A stretch of 63,654 bases of DNA from Verrucomicrobiota bacterium (GTDB lineage Bacteria; Verrucomicrobiota; Verrucomicrobiia; Limisphaerales; UBA8199). The stretch lies in NCBI GenBank assembly GCA_037130375.1, contig JBAXTC010000001.1:1-63654 (forward strand). Reading direction: 5' to 3'. Positions 31,441 through 41,019 of this stretch are shown here, piece after piece; the first letter of the stretch is position 1; every line of letters begins with the position of its first letter. Made by a program: the position numbers and the translations under genes. The notes below the pieces were generated by a model. The model was not told the DNA's origin, searched no databases, and saw only the letters and a list, made by a program, of their open reading frames with translations.

Positions 31441-32703
31441 ATGAAGGTCGATCTTGCCTATGGCCAGGGGCAATTGCCTGTCGAATTGCCGGGCGAGTTG
31501 ACCACAGTCATCAACCCCGCTCACGCACCGGGTTTGCAAGACGAACGCGGCGCGGTCCGCAGGGCGCTCGAGAAGCCCATCGCGGCGCTTCCCTTGCTCG
31601 AGTGGATTAAACCCGGCAACCGCGTCTGCATCCTTTTCACCGACATCACCCGCGCGACACCCAACGAGCGGCTCATACCCTGGCTGCTCGAATACCTGGC
31701 CGGTGTTCCGCGCGAAAATATCACCTTGCTGAACCAACTCGGCACGCATCGACCCAACTCAACGGCCGAGCTCGAACAGATGCTCACGCCCGCGGTCGTG
31801 CAGAATTACCGCGTCCTGAACCACGAACCGGACAATCCAGACGCGCTCGTTCCCCTGGGCGCAACCCACGACGGCACACCTGCCTTGCTCAACCGCCATT
31901 TCGTCGAGGCTGACGTGCGCATCGTCACTGGCTTCATCGAGCCGCATTTCTTTGCCGGGTTCAGCGGCGGCCCCAAAGGCATCATGCCCGGAGTCGCCGG
32001 GCTCAAAACAGTGATGAGCAATCACGGCGCCAGCAATCTCGCTGATCCTGATGCCACCTTCGGCATCACCCAAGGCAATCCCGTCTGGGAAGAAATGCGC
32101 GACATCGCCCTGCGCCCCGGACCCGCTTTTCTGCTGAACGTCTCCCTGAACGTGCAGCGGCACATTACCGGGGTGTTCGCCGGCGACCTGATTGCCGCCC
32201 ACAAGGTCGGCTGCGAATTTGTCAGGCGGTCTGCAATGCAAAAGGTCGCCGCACCCTTCGACATCGTCGTCACTACCAACAGCGGCTATCCGCTCGATCA
32301 AAACCTGTACCAAGCGGTCAAGGGCATGAGCGCCGGCGCGCGCATCCTCAAACCCGGCGGCACCCTCATCCTGGCCAGTGAATGCCGCGATGGAGTTCCT
32401 GCCGGCTCCAGCTTCGATCATCTCTTGCGCAGCGTGGCCTACCCGGAAGAAGTCCTGACCCTCCTGGCAACACCGGGATTCCATCGACCCGAGCAGTGGC
32501 AGGCGCAACTCCAGGCCCTCATTCAACGTCGGGCCCGGGTGCTGCTCTACAGCACCCTCCCCGATCAAGTGGTTCGCGCCGCCCATTTGACGCCCTGTCA
32601 CGACATCAGCGCTGCGGTGAAACAGTTGCTCGAAGCCCTGCCCAGCGGCGCCCGCATCGCCGCCCTTCCGCAAGGCCCCCTGGTCATTCCCTGCTTGGGT
32701 TGA
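31441..32703 (+). CDS. LarA-like (DUF2088) nickel-pincer-dependent racemase/epimerase family protein
   Basis: 420-aa ORF. 'ILFTDITRATP', 'NQLGTHRP', 'GFIEPHFFAGFSGGPKGIMPG'. Confidence 0.75.
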   Translation: MKVDLAYGQGQLPVELPGELTTVINPAHAPGLQDERGAVRRALEKPIAALPLLEWIKPGNRVCILFTDITRATPNERLIPWLLEYLAGVPRENITLLNQLGTHRPNSTAELEQMLTPAVVQNYRVLNHEPDNPDALVPLGATHDGTPALLNRHFVEADVRIVTGFIEPHFFAGFSGGPKGIMPGVAGLKTVMSNHGASNLADPDATFGITQGNPVWEEMRDIALRPGPAFLLNVSLNVQRHITGVFAGDLIAAHKVGCEFVRRSAMQKVAAPFDIVVTTNSGYPLDQNLYQAVKGMSAGARILKPGGTLILASECRDGVPAGSSFDHLLRSVAYPEEVLTLLATPGFHRPEQWQAQLQALIQRRARVLLYSTLPDQVVRAAHLTPCHDISAAVKQLLEALPSGARIAALPQGPLVIPCLG

Positions 32704-32714
32704 TTCTGATAGTT

Positions 32715-32960
32715 CGCAGGGCAGGGCAGCCGAGACGCCCCGGAGCGTGGAGCAGGTCTCCGACTCCGTGCGGAATTGTTGACTCGGGTTTGGACAGGAG
32801 ATAACAGAGATAACGGAGAGTTGTCGAACCCAGAAGCGAGGGAGCGCCGGCTAAAGCCGGCTTTGGACGACCGAGGAGCAATATCCTTAGGGGCAGGAGG
32901 TGCGGTGTAAGCCGGCTAAAGCCGGCGCTCCGGGGCGTGCCTCCCCAGAGTGAGACTTGC
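32715..32960. repeat. Cluster of REP-like fragments and a 23-nt inverted repeat
   Basis: Partial REP core 'gcaggtctccgactccgtgc' at 32752-32772. 'gagcgccggctaaagccggcttt' (32842-32864) is inverted at 32908-32930. Tail 'cctccccagagtgag' resembles the REP A/B ends. Confidence 0.7.
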
Positions 32961-33018
32961 CGGACTGTTCCTGGCTGCCCTTGCTTTGAGACCCAACGCT
33001 GATTAGGCTGGAAGGCAC

Positions 33019-34146
33019 ATGCGCCTGCTCGACCGTTATCTGTTGCGCGAATTGCTTTTTCCGCTCGGCTATTGCCTTTGCGGCTTTCTGATTTTCTGGA
33101 TTTCCTCCGACCTGTTCGTGACCCTGGGCGACTTCCAAAAGCGGGATTTGTCGCCGCGTGACATCGTGGAGTACTACCTTGTCATCATGCCGGAGTTCCT
33201 CGTCATCGTGCTGCCCGTCGCCCTGCTTCTGTCCCTCCTCTACACCCTCACCAACCACGCGCGGCATAACGAGATTACGGCCATCCGGGCGGCGGGCGTC
33301 AGCCTCTGGCGGCTCTCCCTGCCGTATCTCGCGGTGGGGTTTCTCGGGAGCCTCGTCTTGCTGGCGACCAACGAGTTCTGGGCGCCCAACAGCGAAGACG
33401 CCGCGGCCGCAATCAAGGATCGGCACCTGCCGGCTGTGGCGCGCACTGCCGGACACAAAGAATTCCGCAATCTTTGCTTCGACAACTCCCGCGACGGCCG
33501 CATCTGGCGAATCGGCGTGTACAATTCCCAGACCGGCGAGATGATCGAACCCATTGTTTCCTGGACCGCCCAGGACGGCTCGAGGCCATGGCAGTTGAAA
33601 GCGGAGCGCGCCATTCCTGTCAACGGAGTGTGGACCTTCTACAACGTGAGCGAATTCAAAGAAACCGCGCAAAGCGATTTGCCCCCCGTGCCCTCCCTGC
33701 AAACCAATGTGCTGGCCATGCCGGAGCTCACTGAAACCGTGGAAGAGATCAACAGCGAAATCAGAATCAGCAATAGCATCAGCCTGCGCGCCGCAAGAAA
33801 GGCAGACGTGCCCATCACGGAACTGCTGCACTACCTGCGTCTCCACCCAAATCCGTCCCGCTCCGACGGCTTCTGGCTCCGCACAAAACTCCAGGGACGC
33901 CTGGCCGCGCCCTGGACTTGCCTGGTGGTCGTATTGATCGCGATACCCTTCGGTGCGGCTGCCGGGCGGCGCAATGTCTTTGTCGGGGTAGCCGGCAGCA
34001 TCGTCATTTGTTTTGTCTATTTCGTTTTACAGCAGGTCGCCCTGGCGCTCGGCACCAGCGGCAGCCTGCCCCCGTGGGTCGCCGCCTGGTTCCCTAATCT
34101 GTCCTTCGGTCTCGCAGGGCTTTGGCTGACCTCGAAAGTCCGTTAA
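33019..34146 (+). CDS. LptF/LptG-family (YjgP/YjgQ) LPS export permease
   Basis: 375-aa ORF. 'MRLLDRYLLRELLFPL' N-terminus, six predicted TM segments and a central periplasmic domain. Confidence 0.8.
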   Translation: MRLLDRYLLRELLFPLGYCLCGFLIFWISSDLFVTLGDFQKRDLSPRDIVEYYLVIMPEFLVIVLPVALLLSLLYTLTNHARHNEITAIRAAGVSLWRLSLPYLAVGFLGSLVLLATNEFWAPNSEDAAAAIKDRHLPAVARTAGHKEFRNLCFDNSRDGRIWRIGVYNSQTGEMIEPIVSWTAQDGSRPWQLKAERAIPVNGVWTFYNVSEFKETAQSDLPPVPSLQTNVLAMPELTETVEEINSEIRISNSISLRAARKADVPITELLHYLRLHPNPSRSDGFWLRTKLQGRLAAPWTCLVVVLIAIPFGAAAGRRNVFVGVAGSIVICFVYFVLQQVALALGTSGSLPPWVAAWFPNLSFGLAGLWLTSKVR

Positions 34147-34162
34147 TAGATTAGCCTTCTTC

Positions 34163-35890
34163 ATGAATGACGAGTTGACCCAACTCCAGACGCGCTTCGA
34201 CCGGCTGAATCTCCTCTACCAGGTCGGCAACGTCATTCATTCCACCCTCGACCCGCAGGAAGCGTTGCAATTGATTGTGGACCAGGCTGTCCGACTGATG
34301 CGCGCCTCCAGCGGTTCGACCGTGCTGATCAACCCGAACACCACTTCTCTGGAAATCCACGCCGCAGCCGGCCTGCCCGCCAACGCGACCGATCTCAAGC
34401 TCCGGGTGGGCGAAGGTATCACCGGCTGGGTGGCTCGCACGGGCAAGCCGGCGCGCGTGGGCGACGTCACCCAAGACCCGCGCTACGTCATGCTCCGGCC
34501 CGAGGTCCGTTCCGAACTGGCCGTCCCTCTGGAAGTCAACGACGAGGTGCGCGGCGTGCTGAACGTCGATTCAGATCGGGTCGATGCCTTCAACGCAGCA
34601 GATCAGGAACTGCTCGAGGCACTGGCCGTCCAAGCCTCCCGGGTCATCCATAATACCTGGGTTTACGAGCAGTTGCGACTCAAGGCGCAGCTCTTCGAAT
34701 CGCTGGCCGGCGTCAGCCAGACGATTAATTCCACCCTCAATCTGGACGACGCCCTGGGCGTCATCACCCGTGAGGCCTGCGTGTTGATGCGCGCCAAGGT
34801 GGGCGCGCTCATGCTGCTGGACGAAAGCCGTGAATGGCTCGACCTGCGCGCCAGTTTCGGCGCCAGCGACGCCTACATCAACCGGCCGCGGTTGAGCGTC
34901 GAAGAGAGCCTCCACGGCATCGTGGTGCGAAGGAAAAAACCTTTGCAGGTCGAGAACGTGCAAGTCTCGAGCCGTTATCAAAACGTGGAAGTGGCCCGGC
35001 GCGAAGGGCTGGTAGCGTTGCTGAGCGTGCCGCTGCTGTACGGCGGCCAGGCAATTGGCACGCTCAGCGTCTATACCGGCCAGCCCTACAGTTTCTCGAA
35101 CGAAGAAATTCGCATCCTCTCCGCCCTGGCTGAGTTGTCCGCTATCGCCATCGAAAAAGCCCGCCTCTATGAGCGGGTCATGGATGTCGAGGAACAGTTG
35201 CGTCAAAACGAGAAACTCTCCGCTCTCGGCCTGCTTGCCGCCGAGGTGGCACACGAAATCCGCAACCCGCTGACGGTGTTGAAGATGCTCTACCACTCGC
35301 TCGATCTGAGATTCCCCGCAGACGATCCGCGGGCGAAGGACGCGCGCATCATCGATGAGAAAATTGAACACCTGAATCGCATCGTCGAGCAGATTCTCGA
35401 TTTCGCCCGCAAGACCGAGCCCGAGCTGGCTCCGGTGAATCTGAACCAGTTGATCGATGAGCTCGGCTTGCTCGTCCGGCACAAGCTCAAGCATCAAAAC
35501 GTGCAATTGACCCAGCACCTTCAGCTTAATCTGCCCGCCGTCCCGGGAGCGCGCACCCAACTGGAACAAGCCTTTCTTAACCTGATCCTCAACGCAGTCG
35601 AAGCCATGCCGCAGGGCGGAGCGCTGACCATTACCTCGCGCTCGGTGCGCGCGCCGCTCGGAGCCGCCATACCAACACACGTCGCTGTCGAATTCAAGGA
35701 CACCGGCCACGGCATGAGCGAGGAACAACGCCGACGCGCATTCACTTCCGTCCTCAGCACGACGAAAGCCAAAGGCACCGGGCTGGGCCTCGCCATCGTG
35801 GCGCGGGTCGTCGAGACTCATCGCGGAAAGGTGAAAATCAAATCGCGTGCCGGCCACGGAACCACCGTAAGCGTGATCCTGCCCGTTTAG
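34163..35890 (+). CDS. Cytoplasmic sensor histidine kinase with two GAF domains
   Basis: 575-aa ORF. H-box 'EVAHEIRNPLT', N-box 'LNLILNAVEA', G-boxes 'DTGHGM' and 'GTGLGLAIV'. No adjacent response regulator. Confidence 0.85.
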   Translation: MNDELTQLQTRFDRLNLLYQVGNVIHSTLDPQEALQLIVDQAVRLMRASSGSTVLINPNTTSLEIHAAAGLPANATDLKLRVGEGITGWVARTGKPARVGDVTQDPRYVMLRPEVRSELAVPLEVNDEVRGVLNVDSDRVDAFNAADQELLEALAVQASRVIHNTWVYEQLRLKAQLFESLAGVSQTINSTLNLDDALGVITREACVLMRAKVGALMLLDESREWLDLRASFGASDAYINRPRLSVEESLHGIVVRRKKPLQVENVQVSSRYQNVEVARREGLVALLSVPLLYGGQAIGTLSVYTGQPYSFSNEEIRILSALAELSAIAIEKARLYERVMDVEEQLRQNEKLSALGLLAAEVAHEIRNPLTVLKMLYHSLDLRFPADDPRAKDARIIDEKIEHLNRIVEQILDFARKTEPELAPVNLNQLIDELGLLVRHKLKHQNVQLTQHLQLNLPAVPGARTQLEQAFLNLILNAVEAMPQGGALTITSRSVRAPLGAAIPTHVAVEFKDTGHGMSEEQRRRAFTSVLSTTKAKGTGLGLAIVARVVETHRGKVKIKSRAGHGTTVSVILPV

Positions 35891-35896
35891 GCCAAG

Positions 35897-36571
35897 CTAC
35901 TCTTTGGGCGGGTAAAACAATAACCGGGCGTAGGCGTAGGCCAGTGTTTCGCCAATGACATCTCGCACACCCTGGCTCGAACGCCACCAGTGTGCCGGGT
36001 CGAAATCCCGACACGGAACCGCCGTGATTCCCACCGCCACACCTTCTCCCAACGCCTTCTCAAAAAGCAGACGCGAGCGGCGTGCATGTGGCCCCATGCT
36101 CATCAGGTTGACTTTCGTTGGCGACATCCCGTGTTCGCGCAGCCATCTCTGCAAACCCTTCGCCATGGCATAAGTCCGGTCCTGCTGAACCTGGAGCGCC
36201 GGCACTGCCTGGACGAAATTGGTGCTCATACCCAGCTTGAGCAAAATGGCAGCTCCCCGCGCGGCGTAGGTCTTGTATTCAGACAAAAGGGCGCCTTCGG
36301 CCAGCGGCATGCCGGTGACAAAAAGTTTGTCGTAATGATTGCGGTTGAATTCTGCCGCAGCGGCCTCCATCGCATAGTCGGGCGCCCACCCCTCGATGAC
36401 CAGCACGCCACCGGGAAGGGGATCGTTAATTGTCAGGAACGGTCCCATCGCGCGCACGCCGATGATGGCCAAACCGGCAAAGCTCGCAACCAGCAACAAC
36501 CAGCCCCACAAAGTGGGGACCAGGCATTGTCGGCGGCGAAGAAGACCCCAAAAGGCCTTGTGCTGTTCCAT
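35897..36571 (-). CDS. YdcF/SanA/ElyC-family (DUF218) protein
   Basis: 224-aa ORF with an N-terminal TM helix, then a DUF218-like core ('VLVIEGWAPDYAM', 'LFVTGMP'). Confidence 0.65.
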   Translation of the reverse strand: MEQHKAFWGLLRRRQCLVPTLWGWLLLVASFAGLAIIGVRAMGPFLTINDPLPGGVLVIEGWAPDYAMEAAAAEFNRNHYDKLFVTGMPLAEGALLSEYKTYAARGAAILLKLGMSTNFVQAVPALQVQQDRTYAMAKGLQRWLREHGMSPTKVNLMSMGPHARRSRLLFEKALGEGVAVGITAVPCRDFDPAHWWRSSQGVRDVIGETLAYAYARLLFYPPKE

Positions 36572-36741
36572 AATAGTGCTGTTTTGAAGGAAGGCATATA
36601 CCTCAACTTCAGCGCTATCGCAATCCGCTTGATATCTCGGCCAATTCGCGGTTGGATGTCATCCGCAGCATGAACAGCTTATTTGTCTTACTTGGCTTGG
36701 CGGTCTTCGTCGCCGCTCCCATTCGGGCTGAATCTTGAAGC

Positions 36742-37278
36742 ATGAATATGCCTTACAAAGTCGCGACGTTGCTCTATTGCTTCAACGAACTCGATGAGGC
36801 GCTGTTGCTGGAGCGAACCCAGGAACCCAATCGCGGCTTGTGGAGCCCCTGCGGCGGAAAGTTGCTTACGGACGCCGGCGAATCCCCCTACGCCTGCGCC
36901 TGCCGCGAGGCGCACGAGGAACTGGGTCTGGTCATTGCACCTTCTGACTTGCACCTCACCGGCCTGGTAAGTGAGCACGGCTATCAACGCCAAACCCATT
37001 GGCTGATGTTCCTCTTCGAAGTCAGCCCCCGGCTGACTTCGCTCCCACCAATACACCCCGAAGGCAGATTCCAGTTCTTTGCCCGCGAGGCGTTGTCCGG
37101 GTTGAACATACCGCAAACCGACCGCGAGCGAATCTGGCCCTGGTTCTGGCAGCATCGCCGCGGCTTCTTCGCTGCCCATTGCCACTGTCACCCCGACGGG
37201 CGGGACGACTGGACCCTGGAAGAAGCGAGGGTCGAAGCAGGCACTTCGACCTCGTCCCTCGTCCACCCCAACCCATGA
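36742..37278 (+). CDS. Nudix hydrolase
   Basis: 178-aa ORF. Nudix-box-like 'GGKLLTDAGESPYACACREAHEELGL'. Confidence 0.75.
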   Translation: MNMPYKVATLLYCFNELDEALLLERTQEPNRGLWSPCGGKLLTDAGESPYACACREAHEELGLVIAPSDLHLTGLVSEHGYQRQTHWLMFLFEVSPRLTSLPPIHPEGRFQFFAREALSGLNIPQTDRERIWPWFWQHRRGFFAAHCHCHPDGRDDWTLEEARVEAGTSTSSLVHPNP

Positions 37279-37769
37279 CCGAATCGATCATCGATCTCCA
37301 AAGCGACCACTTCTTTATGGGCGAATCACTCCGCCAGGCTGCCCGGGCTTATGCCGCCGAGGAAGTGCCCGTCGGCGCCGTGGTCGTGCGCGAGGGCCGC
37401 ATCATTGCCCGCGCCTTCAACCAGGTCGAACTCCTCAAAGATGCCACCGCGCACGCCGAGATGCTGGCGATAACCCAGGCCGAAGAGGCGCTCGGCGACT
37501 GGCGATTGGCCGATTGCACGCTGTATGTCACCAAAGAGCCGTGCCCCATGTGCGCCGGGGCCATTATCCACGTCCGCCTGGCCCGCGTGGTCTATGGTGT
37601 AAGCGATCCAAAGATGGGCGCCGCGGGAAGCGCTTTGAATCTGCTGCAATTCCCAACCTCCAATCATCGCTGCGCAATCACTGGCGGCGTGCGCGAACCG
37701 GAATGCCTCGCCCTTCTCCAAACCTTCTTCGCCGAGCAACGAAAGAAATCCAAGCCCGAAATCAACTGA
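37275..37769 (+). CDS. tadA: tRNA adenosine(34) deaminase
   Basis: 164 aa from ATG 37275 (ATGA overlap with the Nudix stop). Zinc motifs 'HAEMLAI' and 'PCPMCAGA'. Confidence 0.88.
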   Translation: MTESIIDLQSDHFFMGESLRQAARAYAAEEVPVGAVVVREGRIIARAFNQVELLKDATAHAEMLAITQAEEALGDWRLADCTLYVTKEPCPMCAGAIIHVRLARVVYGVSDPKMGAAGSALNLLQFPTSNHRCAITGGVREPECLALLQTFFAEQRKKSKPEIN

Positions 37770-37809
37770 GGTCTCCAGCCTCCGGCCCGCCACCTCGCTG
37801 CAAATGCGA

Positions 37810-38541
37810 CTACTTGTGTGGCAGCAGTTGAAAGGCGGCTTTGACGCGGATTCGTATGGGAATGGTCCCGGGGGCGAGGCCCTCCGGCGACCCTCGCCCT
37901 TCCCCGCCCTCCGCCGCGATGTTGGTGTTCCTCAAATTGTTCTCGAAGGTCATCTGCCATCCCTCGCTCGGGGAGAGAACCTCTTCCAACAACAAAGGCG
38001 CGCCAATTTCTGCTCCGAGCGTCTTGGCTGATGCCGCTGCTTTCTCCTTTGCGGCCAGAATCGCCTTGTCCCGCGTTTGGTTTTGGAAGTCGATTCTCCC
38101 GGTGTGGTCATAGGTGACGCTTTGAACGCTCACCACCGGCATGCCGGCCAGTCCCAGCCACAAATGCACGTAGAGTTCAAGGTCGGTCGTCTTGAACGAG
38201 ATTTCTGTGGAGGCGACGTACCCTTCCCGAACCCGAGAGTTGGCGCGGTACTCCCAATTCTCGCTGAACCGCATCCTTGAGGTCTGGAGGGCCTTGGGGT
38301 CCACCTTGGATTGGTTTAAGAACTCCAACACCTTCTGCACGCTCTTGGTATGTTCTCTGGCGACGGTCTCCAAGACATCGCCCTTGTTCTCGACCTGTAG
38401 TGACCAGACCATTTGGTTGGGAACGACTTCAGTGGTGGCGGTGCCAAAGACCGTTATCCGGGGTACTGAAGCCTCATCGGCATAAACCGACAGGGCGAGC
38501 AACGCGCTGATGATGATGGCTGATGGAACGGCATTTTTCAT
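37810..38541 (-). CDS. SIMPL-domain (DUF541) periplasmic protein
   Basis: 243-aa ORF with a signal peptide. 'ITVFGTATTEVVPNQMVWSLQV' is the typical family N-terminus. Confidence 0.7.
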   Translation of the reverse strand: MKNAVPSAIIISALLALSVYADEASVPRITVFGTATTEVVPNQMVWSLQVENKGDVLETVAREHTKSVQKVLEFLNQSKVDPKALQTSRMRFSENWEYRANSRVREGYVASTEISFKTTDLELYVHLWLGLAGMPVVSVQSVTYDHTGRIDFQNQTRDKAILAAKEKAAASAKTLGAEIGAPLLLEEVLSPSEGWQMTFENNLRNTNIAAEGGEGRGSPEGLAPGTIPIRIRVKAAFQLLPHK

Positions 38542-38687
38542 AGAGTTGACTCCAGTTTATGATTCCTGTTTGGGATTCTGCACTTCCTGTCGCGCTTGTG
38601 CAACCCCGACATGCTGTGGGGGCAGGCGGAAAAGTGGCCTGCGCCCTTGCGCCAGACGCATTCGCCGCCTAACCTGTCCGTGCTCCG

Positions 38688-39458
38688 ATGATCACGGCCG
38701 AGTCCAAATACATCGAAAATAAACGTTACCTCGCGCGCTGCGCCCACGAACAAACCCTGGCGCTGCACGAGTCCGCGGGCCGGTTCGCAACCGAATTCGG
38801 CAGCGAAGAGGACTGGTTGGGCTGCGTCAAGAACCAGTTCCCCAAGTTCATCCCCTTCCTGACCCAGAACTGCGGATTGGAATTCTGTGGCCGGATTCTC
38901 GAGATCGGCGCCGGTGGCGCCTGGCTGAGCGCCGAAATGTCCAAACTGCCACGCGTGGTCGAAGTCTTCGCCACAGACGCCTCCCCCAAACGATTGCTGG
39001 AGCTGGCGCCAAAGGTTTTTAAATTGGTCAACGCCAACACCGCCAAAATCACCCGAATGCCGGGTGACTTTCATCAACTCGACTTTCCGGCCAACCATTT
39101 CGACTTCGTCGTCTCCTCCGCCGTTTTGCATCACGCCACCAACATCGTGCAGGTCTTGCGCGAAGCTAAAAGGGTCCTCAAACCCGGCGGACGGCTCGTG
39201 GCCATCCGGGAACCGGTCTGGCCGCTGGTCAAAATCAAGTCCCGCTCAAAAATGCTCGCCAAACTCCTCGCTACAGGCGTCAACGAGCGCTTTTATACGC
39301 TGGCCGATTACAGAGAATTCTTCAAACAAGCCGCGCTGCCGCTCGATGTCAAGCGCGTCAACCTTTCGAGCGGTTTCAAATACTACGTCAATGCCATGGT
39401 CAACGGCTTGACGCACGCGCGCTACGCGTTTGTTGGCGCCAAACGTAGTAAGAGCTGA
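38688..39458 (+). CDS. Class I SAM-dependent methyltransferase
   Basis: 256-aa ORF. Motif I 'ILEIGAGGAW', post-I acidic residue, 'LKPGGRLVAI'. Confidence 0.75.
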   Translation: MITAESKYIENKRYLARCAHEQTLALHESAGRFATEFGSEEDWLGCVKNQFPKFIPFLTQNCGLEFCGRILEIGAGGAWLSAEMSKLPRVVEVFATDASPKRLLELAPKVFKLVNANTAKITRMPGDFHQLDFPANHFDFVVSSAVLHHATNIVQVLREAKRVLKPGGRLVAIREPVWPLVKIKSRSKMLAKLLATGVNERFYTLADYREFFKQAALPLDVKRVNLSSGFKYYVNAMVNGLTHARYAFVGAKRSKS

Positions 39459-39473
39459 ACTAGCGACTAGTCC

Positions 39474-41015
39474 ATGCTCTTCAGTTCCTGGCAGTTCATC
39501 TTCCTCTTCCTGCCTGTCGCGCTCGCCGTTTTCTTCCTCATCCCCGCCCAACCCGCCTGGCCGCGCAAGATATGGCTGCTCGCCGCATCCTTGTTCTTCT
39601 ATGGTTATTGGAAGATCGAGTACATCCCACTGCTGCTCTTTTCCATTTGCCTCAATTACACGGTCGCGGAGTTCATCACCCGCCATCGCCACCACCCCGC
39701 CGCCCGCCCGGCGATTATCCTCGGAGTCTCCCTCAACTTGTTGCTGCTGGGCTATTACAAATATACCAACTTCATCGTCCAGTTCCTGGGTCGCGCATCC
39801 CAGCACGACTTCGGGCGCTTCGACATCATCCTCCCCCTGGCCATCTCCTTCTTCACCTTCACGCAAATCGGTTACATCGTGGATGTTTATCGCAACCAAT
39901 CGCTGCACTATCGTTTCCTGGATTACTCACTGTTCGTCGTCTTCTTCCCCCATCTCATTGCCGGCCCAATCGTCCGGCACTGGGAAATCATCCCGCAATT
40001 CGCCGAACGCACCCTCAAGGTGAACCTGGCCGACACCAGCGTCGGGTTTGCCCTTTTCCTTATCGGCCTGTATAAAAAGATGCTCCTGGCGGATCCCTTG
40101 AGCAGCTACGTCGCGACTGTTTATGGCGCGGCCAGCCAGGGTGTGATCCTCACCTGGTTTGATGCCTGGCTGGGCACACTCGCCTTTGCCATGCAAATCT
40201 ACTTCGATTTCTCGGGATATTCCGATATGGCCATCGGACTGGCCCGCTTGTTCGGCATCAAGTTCCCCATCAACTTCGCCTCCCCGTACCAGGCGGGCTC
40301 CATCAACGAGTTCTGGACCCGCTGGCATATCACCCTCACCCGGTTCCTGCGGGAATACCTCTATTTCCCGCTCGGCGGCAACCGATGCGCCCCCTGGCGT
40401 CACGCCTTGAACATCATGGCCACCATGTTGCTCAGCGGATTGTGGCACGGCGCAGGCTGGACTTATGTGATCTGGGGCGGTTTACACGGTTTCTACCTGG
40501 TTGTGGCGCATCGTTGGCAGACCTTCACCAAGGCGCGGGGCTGGCACCTCGACTATTGGTGGTATCGCTTCCTCGCGGTGAGCTTAACCTTTCTGATGGT
40601 GCTGTTCGCCTGGGTGTTCTTCCGCGCCCCAACGCTGCCCGTCGCCGGCAGTATGATCGGCAGTATGCTCGGCCAACACGGCTTGACCATGAGCGATGCC
40701 GCCACCAACCCGCATAAGATTCCCGGTATCTGGTGGTCGAAACTGGGAGTCCAATTCGTGCCCCGAACCTTTGATGCCGAATATACTCCCTTGATCAAGT
40801 TGCTCGTCGTAACGCTCGTCATCGTGTTCTTCCTGCCCAATGCCCAGCAACTGCTCGCCGCTTATGCGCCGGCGCTCGAGAAAGCCCAACGCCCGGGGTT
40901 CTTCCAGCTCAAGCTGGGCTGGGCCAGCGGATTGCTCCTCGGCGGCGCCTTTTTCTGGATCGTCCGCAGCTTCTACGTCGCCGCTCCCAGCCCCTTCCTT
41001 TACTTCAACTTCTAG
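39474..41015 (+). CDS. MBOAT-family O-acyltransferase (AlgI/DltB-like)
   Basis: 513-aa polytopic ORF. 'MLFSSWQFIFLFLP', 'FWTRWHITLTRFLREYLYFPLGG', 'SGLWHGAGW' (catalytic His context). Confidence 0.88.
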   Translation: MLFSSWQFIFLFLPVALAVFFLIPAQPAWPRKIWLLAASLFFYGYWKIEYIPLLLFSICLNYTVAEFITRHRHHPAARPAIILGVSLNLLLLGYYKYTNFIVQFLGRASQHDFGRFDIILPLAISFFTFTQIGYIVDVYRNQSLHYRFLDYSLFVVFFPHLIAGPIVRHWEIIPQFAERTLKVNLADTSVGFALFLIGLYKKMLLADPLSSYVATVYGAASQGVILTWFDAWLGTLAFAMQIYFDFSGYSDMAIGLARLFGIKFPINFASPYQAGSINEFWTRWHITLTRFLREYLYFPLGGNRCAPWRHALNIMATMLLSGLWHGAGWTYVIWGGLHGFYLVVAHRWQTFTKARGWHLDYWWYRFLAVSLTFLMVLFAWVFFRAPTLPVAGSMIGSMLGQHGLTMSDAATNPHKIPGIWWSKLGVQFVPRTFDAEYTPLIKLLVVTLVIVFFLPNAQQLLAAYAPALEKAQRPGFFQLKLGWASGLLLGGAFFWIVRSFYVAAPSPFLYFNF

Positions 41016-41019
41016 CGCT

